A stretch of DNA of 35,366 nt from Desulfobacteraceae bacterium. Lineage in GTDB: Bacteria; Desulfobacterota; Desulfobacteria; Desulfobacterales; SpSt-501. A model generated the notes under the pieces. It was not told the DNA's origin, made no database searches, and worked only from the letters and a program-made list of their open reading frames with translations. Each line of letters starts with the position of its first letter. Within the stretch, counting starts at the first letter, position 1. Of this stretch, positions 1 through 6,803 are shown in pieces. The DNA lies in the NCBI GenBank assembly GCA_041310825.1, contig JBFYWX010000274.1:1-35366 (forward strand), given 5' to 3'. Position numbers and translations under genes: made by a program.

Positions 1-1
1 C

Positions 2-718
2 TACGCCGCCCGGCTTCCGGTCCTGCTCAAGGGGCCGACCGGCTGCGGCAAAACCCGCTTCGTGGAGCACATGGCCTTTCGGCTGAAACGGCCCCTCGTG
101 ACGGTGGCCTGCCATGAAGACCTCTTCGCCTCCGACCTGGTCGGGCGCTACCTCTTGCGGGACGACGAGACGGCCTGGATGGACGGCCCGCTGACCCTCG
201 CGGTCCGCTCCGGGGCCATCTGTTACCTCGACGAGGTGGTCGAGGCCCGCAAGGACACCACGGTGGTCATCCACCCCCTTACGGACAACCGCCGGCGCCT
301 GGTGGTCGAAAAGACCGGGGAGGTCATTTCGGCCCACCCGGATTTCATGATGGTGATTTCCTACAACCCCGGCTATCAGTCCGTCCTCAAGGACCTCAAG
401 CAGAGCACGCGGCAGCGGTTCGTCGCGCTCGACTTCGACTACCCGGCCGCCGAAAAAGAGGCCGAGATCGTCGCCCGGGAAGGCGGGATCGAAATGGAGT
501 CGGCCGCGAAGCTCGTCTGCCTGGCCCGACGGATCCGCGGCATCCGCGAGCAGGGGCTCACGGAGGGCGCCAGCACGCGGCTGCTGATCCACGCCGCCGG
601 CCTGATGCGCGGGGGGGTTGCGGAAAAGGAGGCCCTGCGAACGGCGGTCTGCCTGCCCCTGACCGACGACGAGCGGTTGGTGGAGGCGCTGACGGACCTG
701 GTCGACGACCTCTTCTGA
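2..718 (+). CDS. CbbQ/NorQ/NirQ-family MoxR-like AAA+ ATPase (5' end outside window)
   Basis: The frame is open from the window edge. Translation from nt 2 gives [20 protein letters not shown] (Walker A GPTGCGKT) before the first ATG at 62. Walker B-like ICYLDEV and family-typical [14 protein letters not shown] are present. Stop TGA at 716-718. Confidence 0.85.
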   Translation, partial: YAARLPVLLKGPTGCGKTRFVEHMAFRLKRPLVTVACHEDLFASDLVGRYLLRDDETAWMDGPLTLAVRSGAICYLDEVVEARKDTTVVIHPLTDNRRRLVVEKTGEVISAHPDFMMVISYNPGYQSVLKDLKQSTRQRFVALDFDYPAAEKEAEIVAREGGIEMESAAKLVCLARRIRGIREQGLTEGASTRLLIHAAGLMRGGVAEKEALRTAVCLPLTDDERLVEALTDLVDDLF

Positions 719-846
719 CCGGAGAGGCGGCCGAAAGCCCAATCTCTGCGTTGCGCTTCGCCCTGCGGCCACTGCGGCGTACAAACGTACGCCTCGTGTC
801 GCAGGGCTTGCGCGCCTTGATCTTGGGCTTTGGGCCGCCTCTCCGG
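719..846. repeat. Long imperfect palindrome, copy 1 of a ~125-nt repeat family
   Basis: Outer arms GGAGAGGCGGCC (721-732) and GGCCGCCTCTCC (833-844) pair. Inner arms CCCTGCG..GGCGTAC-aaac-GTACGCC..CGCAGGG pair. The core is shared with 3954-4080 and 20269-20391. It starts directly after the stop codon at 716-718. Confidence 0.85.
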
Positions 847-970
847 ACCTCTACGCAACTGATGATAGGCGGGGACTCGCGCGCCTTGAAATCGGGCGTT
901 GGACATCGCCTGGGTGCAGAGGTGGGGATGAGACATGCTGGTCCCTTGCGCCGGTCCCGCCGCGGCGGGA

Positions 971-1045
971 TACGCCTCGTGTCGCAGGGCTTGCGCGCCG
1001 TGCCTGCCCCGCCCTGGCGGGGATCTTGGGCTTTGGGCCGCCTCT
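971..1045. repeat. Right-half copy of the same repeat family, interrupted by a 22-nt insert
   Basis: 971-999 is 29/29 identical to 788-816. 1022-1045 is 24/24 identical to 819-842. The two blocks are separated by an extra 22 nt (1000-1021). A further fragment at 877-898 resembles the GCGCGCCTTGAA..GGGC part of copy 2. Confidence 0.8.
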
Positions 1046-1120
1046 GCGCATGGCATGGCCAAAAAATCGCGTACGTGTACGGGTACGTGAACGGGTATCC
1101 CGCGCGCGTGCGAGGGGGGA

Positions 1121-1159
1121 GACCGGCTGACCGGCCGACCGGCCGACGGGCGACCGGCC
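1121..1159. repeat. Tandem 8-mer microsatellite (GACCGGCY x5, one 7-nt unit)
   Basis: Read directly: gaccggct gaccggcc gaccggcc gacgggc gaccggcc. It is preceded by a 12-mer tandem, gtacgtgtacgg gtacgtgaacgg, at 1071-1094. Confidence 0.8.
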
Positions 1160-1230
1160 GAGGGCACCCCCCGCGAGCGTTCCGGGCTGCAAGATGGGCG
1201 AGAGCGGTCAGGTCATTTTGCTGAAGGGCG

Positions 1231-3948
1231 TTGATGTCGAATCCTGCTGCTAACCATCCTGAACTCCATCGACTGCTGAAGCCCCTCGCGGCGGCCGACC
1301 CGGAGCTGGCGGTGGCGGTGGCGGGGCGGCTTGCGCGCAAGCGCGTTCCAGTCGGCCCGGAGGCGCTCGCGGCGCTTGTGGTTGAAAGCCTCCGGGCGCT
1401 CGCAGAGGAGGCCTCCTTCGGGCGGGCGGTGGCGCTGGGGTGGGCCGAGCTCATCGGCGAGGTCCCCTCCGCGGCGCTTGAAACCTTGCGGAGCTTCCTG
1501 CGCCGTGCGATCGCCACCGGGCCCACCCTGGGCCGGATCATGGCCGAGTGCCTGCCGCCGGTCCTGGCGCACGGCGACGTCGAGACCCTCGCGCAATTCG
1601 AGCGGGCGTGGGCGGCCGCGGCCGCCAAGGGCTCGCACACGCTGCGGGAGCTGCTTCTGGCCGTCGGGCCGCTTCTGGCCGCCGGCGACCGGGCGGCGGC
1701 CGGCCTCTATTTCGAAATCCTGCACACCCTCTTCACCTCAGAGGCAAGCTACGAGGAGGGTCGCCGATTTGCCGTTCTGCTTCCCGCGGCCGCCCGTGAT
1801 CTTTCGCCGCAGCGCCGAGAGTGGCAGCTGCGGGAGCTCCTGCGCATCGCCCGCACCGACCGGCGGCTGCTGGAACCCTTGCTCGACGGGTTGTCCCGCG
1901 GACTCGGTCTGCTGCGCGAAGAGGCGCTGAGAGCGTTCGTCGACGGCGTCCTGGAGACCCACCGTGGCCGGCGGGGGCCGTGTGCCCGGGAGCTGGCCCT
2001 CGAGTCCCGGGCGGCGCGCAAACGCCTGAGCGGCCTGCAGGTGGGGGCGGGGCTCGCTCAACTCCGGGGCCGGCTCGACCGCTACCTCAACGCCCGCATG
2101 GGCCGGCGGCTGGCGATCCGCCCGCTCTCCGCTCTAAGCGCTGCCGCGGCCGCCGACCTCGGTCCGGAGCGCCTGGTCTGCTCCGACGCCCACGCGATCT
2201 ACCTGTCCGATGAGATCGACCGGTTCGCGGACAGGGGTGAAAACGCGGAGCTCTACCGCCTTCTCATCGGTGCGGAGGCCTGTTTCCACGAGTTCGGGAC
2301 GTTCGACTTCAACGCCGATGAAGCCGCCGCATCCGGCGCCGCGGACCTGCGCGGCATCCTGTCCCCGGGCGATGAGTCGCCGCCCGGTCGATCCGATCTC
2401 GATGCCTTCCTCGGCCGTTTCACGGACCCGCGGCTGGCGGCCGACCTCTTCACCGTTTGTGAGCTCGGCCGGGTCCGCAAACGGATCGTGCAGGCCTATC
2501 CCGGCCTGGCGCGGCGGCTTTATCCCCGCCTGCGCCGGGACTTCATCGCCGCCGCCGGGCCGACCCCGGCCGATCTGCTCACGCGGCTCCTGGCCCGCCT
2601 GGCGCTCGCGATGCCGGCCGCGGACCCGCAGATCGAGATGCTGGCGGCGGCCTTCGATGCCGGTGTTTCGGCTGCAAGCCCCGTAGCGGCATCGGCGGAG
2701 ATGACCGTACGGTTTTTCGAAGCGGTCCGGTGCCTGAGCCCGGTGGCGCACACCCCGCGTGCGCCCCTGGCAACCCCCTTCGGCTGGCGGCCGTGGCCGA
2801 ACCCCGCGGCGGCCGCCGACCGGGGGGCGATCGATCGGCTGGCGGGCCGGATCCGGAACGCGCTGGCGGGTTACGGGGTCACGGCCGGTCGTACGGAGAT
2901 CCGCCGGCGGCTGGCGGCCGGCGACGGGAGACTCTCGGCTGACGACATCCGGGCCCTGTGCAGCGGGCAAGGGGCGGCCGTCGCCGCGCTCACCGCGCTG
3001 CTCGCCCCCCTTTCCGGCGCAAGCCCCCGGCCGGAAGGAGGGGGGGCGGAGGGGGGCCCGGTATTTCTCTATCCCGAATGGGACGACTCCCTGGGGGACT
3101 ACCTGCCCGAGCATGTGCGCCTGCGGGAGCGGGTGCCCCCTGCCGGCGACGCGGGGTTCTACGCCGAGGTACTCGGGCGCCATGCCGGCCTCGTGCGGCA
3201 GACCCGGCGGGTGTTCGAAGGCCTGCGGCCTGAGGGGTTGCAACGTCTCCGCCGCTGGCCGGAGGGGGACGAGTTCGACTATCGTCAAATGATCGAGGCC
3301 GCCGTCGACCGCCGCACCGGGATCCTGCCCTCCGAGCGCATGTTCATCAAGCGTGTGAAGCAGCGCCGGGAGGTCGCCGTCCTGGTGCTGGTGGACGTCT
3401 CGCGCTCCACGACCGGCCTCGTCCCGGGGTCTGTCGCGACGGTGCTGGAAATCGAAAAAGAGGCGATCGTGGTCCTGTGCGAGGCCTTGGGCGTTTTGGG
3501 CGACGCTCTGGCCCTGGCCGCCTTTTCCGGAAGCGGCCGGATGGGGGTCGAGTATGTCCGCGTCAAGGGGTTCGAGGAGACCCTGGGGGCGGAGGTCCAG
3601 CGCCGGATCGGCGCCCTTACCCCGCAACGCAACACGCGCATGGGGGCCGCCATCCGCCATGCCGCCCGCGAGCTGGGTGCGCAGCCCGCGCGGGTGCGCC
3701 TGCTGATCCTGCTGAGCGACGGCTTCCCCAACGACACCGAGTACCGGGGGGACCATACCGTGGCCGACACGCGCCGGGCCCTGACGGAGCTCCGCGCGCG
3801 GCACATCCGCTTCCACGCCCTGACGGTGAACCTGCCGGCCGACCCGCAGCTGGATCGGCTCTACGGCAAGTCGCACCACCACGTGATCTCCGACGTGCGG
3901 GAGCTGCCGGGGCGGTTGCTGCGGGTGTACCGCGCGCTGACCCGATAG
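1231..3948 (+). CDS. NorD/CbbO-like von Willebrand factor A (VWA) domain protein, 905 aa
   Basis: The C-terminal VWA domain carries a MIDAS-type DxSxS in VLVLVDVSRSTTG, followed by LILLSDGFPND. The N-terminus is long and Ala/Leu/Arg-rich. It lies downstream of a CbbQ/NorQ ATPase, as in known Q-O/Q-D pairs. The start may be TTG 1231 or ATG 1234. Confidence 0.8.
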   Translation: MMSNPAANHPELHRLLKPLAAADPELAVAVAGRLARKRVPVGPEALAALVVESLRALAEEASFGRAVALGWAELIGEVPSAALETLRSFLRRAIATGPTLGRIMAECLPPVLAHGDVETLAQFERAWAAAAAKGSHTLRELLLAVGPLLAAGDRAAAGLYFEILHTLFTSEASYEEGRRFAVLLPAAARDLSPQRREWQLRELLRIARTDRRLLEPLLDGLSRGLGLLREEALRAFVDGVLETHRGRRGPCARELALESRAARKRLSGLQVGAGLAQLRGRLDRYLNARMGRRLAIRPLSALSAAAAADLGPERLVCSDAHAIYLSDEIDRFADRGENAELYRLLIGAEACFHEFGTFDFNADEAAASGAADLRGILSPGDESPPGRSDLDAFLGRFTDPRLAADLFTVCELGRVRKRIVQAYPGLARRLYPRLRRDFIAAAGPTPADLLTRLLARLALAMPAADPQIEMLAAAFDAGVSAASPVAASAEMTVRFFEAVRCLSPVAHTPRAPLATPFGWRPWPNPAAAADRGAIDRLAGRIRNALAGYGVTAGRTEIRRRLAAGDGRLSADDIRALCSGQGAAVAALTALLAPLSGASPRPEGGGAEGGPVFLYPEWDDSLGDYLPEHVRLRERVPPAGDAGFYAEVLGRHAGLVRQTRRVFEGLRPEGLQRLRRWPEGDEFDYRQMIEAAVDRRTGILPSERMFIKRVKQRREVAVLVLVDVSRSTTGLVPGSVATVLEIEKEAIVVLCEALGVLGDALALAAFSGSGRMGVEYVRVKGFEETLGAEVQRRIGALTPQRNTRMGAAIRHAARELGAQPARVRLLILLSDGFPNDTEYRGDHTVADTRRALTELRARHIRFHALTVNLPADPQLDRLYGKSHHHVISDVRELPGRLLRVYRALTR

Positions 3949-3953
3949 CCGTG

Positions 3954-4080
3954 GGACGGGGGCGCCGAAAGCCCGGCTTCGGCGTTGCGCGGCATGCCGC
4001 GGGCCCTGCGACGTACTTTCAGTACGTCTCGGTCCACGGGACTTGCGCGCCTTGAAGCCGGGCTTTGGGCGCCCCCGTCC
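3954..4080. repeat. Long imperfect palindrome, copy 2 of the repeat family
   Basis: Outer arms GGACGGGGGCGCC (3954-3966) and GGCGCCCCCGTCC (4068-4080) pair. Shared core: AAAGCCC..GCGTTGCGC..TGCGACGTAC..GTACGTCTCG..GCGCGCCTTGA..GGGCTTTGGGC. It begins 5 nt after the stop at 3946-3948. Confidence 0.85.
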
Positions 4081-4139
4081 GACGGGCTGATTAAAAGGCG
4101 TGAGAATTCTGAAGTTGTGACGAGCTGAGAGGAGCGCCG

Positions 4140-4562
4140 ATGCGGGTTCATGACGGGATCTATGAATGGGAGGGGTTCGGCGGCAGGCTCAAGCTGGCGA
4201 GCGGCCGCTGCCGGCTCAGGATCTACGACCTGGCCCGGGAGTCCGCGCGCGGGGCGGTCCCCTTGTACGCCACGCTCGTCATCGTTGCGGATGTCCCCGG
4301 AAGCCCGATGTCGGTTCGCAGCTGCGCCGGACACGTGGCCACCGCGGTCGCGCGTGATTTCACGATCGACCCGCACCGGATGCTCTTCGTCGAATACAGC
4401 CCGCAGAGTGTTTACGGAGAGCATGGGGAGCGGGTCATCCCGGAGCGCTACACCGCCGTCGATTTCAACTGGACCGCGGGCGGGGCCATTCAGCCCAAGT
4501 GGCGGGTGCTGACGCCGCCGCTGCTCGACGCGATTCGTCAGATCGTCGAGAGGGAGACGTGA
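4140..4562 (+). CDS. Hypothetical protein (140 aa), no recognisable motif
   Basis: ATG preceded by GAGAGGAG (SD) 6 nt upstream. Third-position GC is high, consistent with coding. No domain recognised. Confidence 0.55.
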   Translation: MRVHDGIYEWEGFGGRLKLASGRCRLRIYDLARESARGAVPLYATLVIVADVPGSPMSVRSCAGHVATAVARDFTIDPHRMLFVEYSPQSVYGEHGERVIPERYTAVDFNWTAGGAIQPKWRVLTPPLLDAIRQIVERET

Positions 4563-4617
4563 AGTGCACGCGGTGGTGCACGGCGGCAGATGGAACGTCG
4601 TTGTTTGCGGGCCGGGC

Positions 4618-5244
4618 TCAGCTGAGCGGAAACACCGCGAAGATCACCGTGCTCCAGACGGAGTGGGAGATGATCACCGGTGCGAGCTTTCCCTCCTGCG
4701 CGTAGAGAGCCCCCCAGAAGGCCCCGGCGACGGCGGCGGCGCCGACGAGCATGAAGTTCATCGAACTGACGTGGACCCCCGCGTAAAGGGCGGTGGCGAG
4801 CGCCCAGCCCGGCCAGCGCCCGAAGCGCGCCATCAGGTGCCGCTGCAAATACCCTCGCCAGTATATTTCCTCGCAAGGGCCCGTGACGAAAAAAAGCAAA
4901 AGCGCGATGACCCACCCCGGAGTCCCGGCCCCCTTGTGGTAAATCGCTCCGATCTGGCCCCCGGCAAAATCAAACAGCGCCAGCGATGCCAGCCGGCCGA
5001 GCCAGAAAATCAGGTAAAGCGCCGCGGCGGAGCCCAGGCCGAGCAGCCAGTCGCGGGCGTCTATGCCCCCGCCGACCCGGCGGGGAGGATCCAGCAGCAG
5101 GCAGAGCAGGGCGAGGGTGGCGGCGGAGATCGAAATCTTGATCCAGAAGGAGGGCCCCGTCAAGGCGAAGGTGATGAACCACAGGCCGGTCGCCAGCAGG
5201 ACGCTGGCCGCCAGGAGCCGGGAGCCCGACGGGCGCCGGTTCAC
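4618..5244 (-). CDS. CPBP-family (CAAX/Abi-type) intramembrane glutamic protease
   Basis: The C-terminal part of track ORF 4618..6111 is a multi-TM protein. It carries CPBP motifs EEIYWRGYL (EExxxR), YAGVH (FxxxH-like) and SHSVWS. The proposed GTG start at 5244-5242 overlaps the upstream stop (GTGA); the exact start is uncertain. Confidence 0.75.
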   Translation of the reverse strand: MNRRPSGSRLLAASVLLATGLWFITFALTGPSFWIKISISAATLALLCLLLDPPRRVGGGIDARDWLLGLGSAAALYLIFWLGRLASLALFDFAGGQIGAIYHKGAGTPGWVIALLLFFVTGPCEEIYWRGYLQRHLMARFGRWPGWALATALYAGVHVSSMNFMLVGAAAVAGAFWGALYAQEGKLAPVIISHSVWSTVIFAVFPLS

Positions 5245-6140
5245 ATCAGGCCTTCCAGGACCAGGGAGGCCACCAGCAGCAGCCCGAAGGCGGTGTCGAG
5301 CTTGGCCGTCTGGGCGTCGGCGTCGAGCGGGACGTCCGCGGCCATGCGGCGCAGCAGTTTGAAGGCCAGCGGGGCGGAGAAAAGAACGATCAGCGACCAC
5401 GGCCGGAGCGGGCCGAACAGGGACATGCCCACCACGGCCGTGAAGGCCGCCACGACCAGTGCCAGGTAGAGGGCGAGCCCTTTTTTCGGCCCCAGCAGGA
5501 TCGGCAGGGTGCGGATGCCCTTGCGGCGGTCGTAGGGCACGTCCCGGATGTTGTTGGCGAGCAGCACCAGGGCCACCAGCACGCCCAAGGGCACGGAGAC
5601 GAGAACCGCAGCGATGCTGATCGTCTGCCGCTGGACGAAATAGGCGCCGGTCACCATCAGGGGGCCCCACATCATGAAAACCGAAATCTCCCCGAGGGCC
5701 CGGTACTTGTACTTGAGCGGCGCGGCCGTGTAGGTGATGCCGGCGATGGTTCCGACGAGGCCGATCCAGAACACCGTCCAGCCCCGGGTGGCCGTGAGGT
5801 AGAGCCCGATTCCGGTGGCAAGGGCGTAAAGCGCATAGGCGCCGGTGCGAACCTGGCCGGGCGCCAGACGGCCGTCCATCAGGGGGTGCGGCCGGTAGCG
5901 GGCCGTGGGCACATCCGGGCTGTCCACTCCATGGCGGACATCGTCGTAATCGTTGACGAGATTGCTCGCGGCGTGCATCAGCACGGCCGCGGTCAGGGAG
6001 AGCGCGTAGAGCGGCCAGGCAAAGCCGCCGTCCAGCGCCGCCAGTGCGCTGCCGACGCTGACCGATATGGCCGTCATCGAAAAAGACCACGGGCGGCTCG
6101 CGAGGAGCCATTCACGGTACATGGGGGGCGTGGGTGACAC
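5241..6140 (-). CDS. UbiA-family aromatic prenyltransferase, MenA-like
   Basis: Polytopic membrane protein. The first Asp-rich motif, NLVNDYDDVRHGVD, matches the UbiA/MenA NDxxDxxxD signature. GTG start at 6140 has GAGG 5 nt upstream; an alternative ATG lies at 6122. Confidence 0.85.
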   Translation of the reverse strand: MSPTPPMYREWLLASRPWSFSMTAISVSVGSALAALDGGFAWPLYALSLTAAVLMHAASNLVNDYDDVRHGVDSPDVPTARYRPHPLMDGRLAPGQVRTGAYALYALATGIGLYLTATRGWTVFWIGLVGTIAGITYTAAPLKYKYRALGEISVFMMWGPLMVTGAYFVQRQTISIAAVLVSVPLGVLVALVLLANNIRDVPYDRRKGIRTLPILLGPKKGLALYLALVVAAFTAVVGMSLFGPLRPWSLIVLFSAPLAFKLLRRMAADVPLDADAQTAKLDTAFGLLLVASLVLEGLM

Positions 6141-6179
6141 GGTTGCCTCGTCTTCTTCCCCAGGACCAGCGGACTGCGA

Positions 6180-6704
6180 TCAGGGCCGGGGCGGCTGGGC
6201 CTGGAGGGTTTTGGCGCGGGCTTCTTCGGCCAGCGTGTTGGCCCGCTGGACGGCGCGCTGTGCTTCCTCCTGAAACTGGACGGCTTTTTCATCCTCCGCG
6301 CGGATTCGGTATTTGAACTGTTCCCGGCGCGAGGGCGTGTTGCCGAATCGCTTGCGGGTCTCCAACGCCTGCTGAATCTGATCCTCGGCGCGCCGCACGG
6401 CCGCGCGCGCCTGCGCGTCGGCCTCCCGGGCCCGGCGCGTGACATCCGCCAGCTCGCGTCGCCGCTGCTCTTCCTGGCGGGCCTCCTGGAGTTGCTTTTG
6501 GATCTGGGACTCCTCGCTCTCCGCGTCCGGGGGGGAGGGTCGGGTTTCGATGATTTCCCGAACGGTGGCCTCCGGCGGCGGCTCGTCGGTGAGATGCACC
6601 CGGCCCTTGGCATCGGTCCAGGTGTAGATCTTGGTCTGGGAATAAACCGGAAAGACCCAGGCCAGGGCCAGCACGATGAGCAGTGCGTGAAGGACCCGTT
6701 TCAT
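6180..6704 (-). CDS. DUF4124-like secreted protein with charged coiled-coil tail
   Basis: Signal peptide MKRVLHALLIVLALAWVFPVYS, then IYTWTDAKGRVHLTD (DUF4124-type motif), then an E/R/Q/A-rich region. The ATG at 6704 has GGGGAG upstream. The ORF-track start at 6719 is less likely. Confidence 0.7.
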   Translation of the reverse strand: MKRVLHALLIVLALAWVFPVYSQTKIYTWTDAKGRVHLTDEPPPEATVREIIETRPSPPDAESEESQIQKQLQEARQEEQRRRELADVTRRAREADAQARAAVRRAEDQIQQALETRKRFGNTPSRREQFKYRIRAEDEKAVQFQEEAQRAVQRANTLAEEARAKTLQAQPPRP

Positions 6705-6746
6705 GGCGACTCCCCACATTGGAATGATTCAAGGGAACACTGCGAA

Positions 6747-6775
6747 ACTATACAAAGAAAGCCATGCGAAGTCAA
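6747..6775 (-). promoter_or_regulatory. Sigma-70-type promoter for the DUF4124-ubiA-CPBP operon
   Basis: On the minus strand: TTGACT (6775-6770), 17-nt spacer, TATAGT (6752-6747). About 45 nt upstream of the ATG at 6704. Confidence 0.6.
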
Positions 6776-6803
6776 TTTGCATGCGTCAGGCCATCGGTCC
6801 CGC

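Noticed and set aside
1080-1098. Similarity between 1080-1098 (cgggtacgtgaacgggtat) and 12932-12950 (cgggtacgtgaccgggaac), as a possible second repeat family.
   Set aside because: The match is only an 11-nt exact core plus a few flanking identities. Matches of this size are expected by chance in 35 kb of GC-biased sequence compared on both strands.
1121-1159. Possible CRISPR-like or other arrayed repeat.
   Set aside because: The units are 7-8 nt, contiguous, and have no spacers. This is a microsatellite, not a CRISPR array. No CRISPR-like repeat-spacer structure was seen anywhere in the window.
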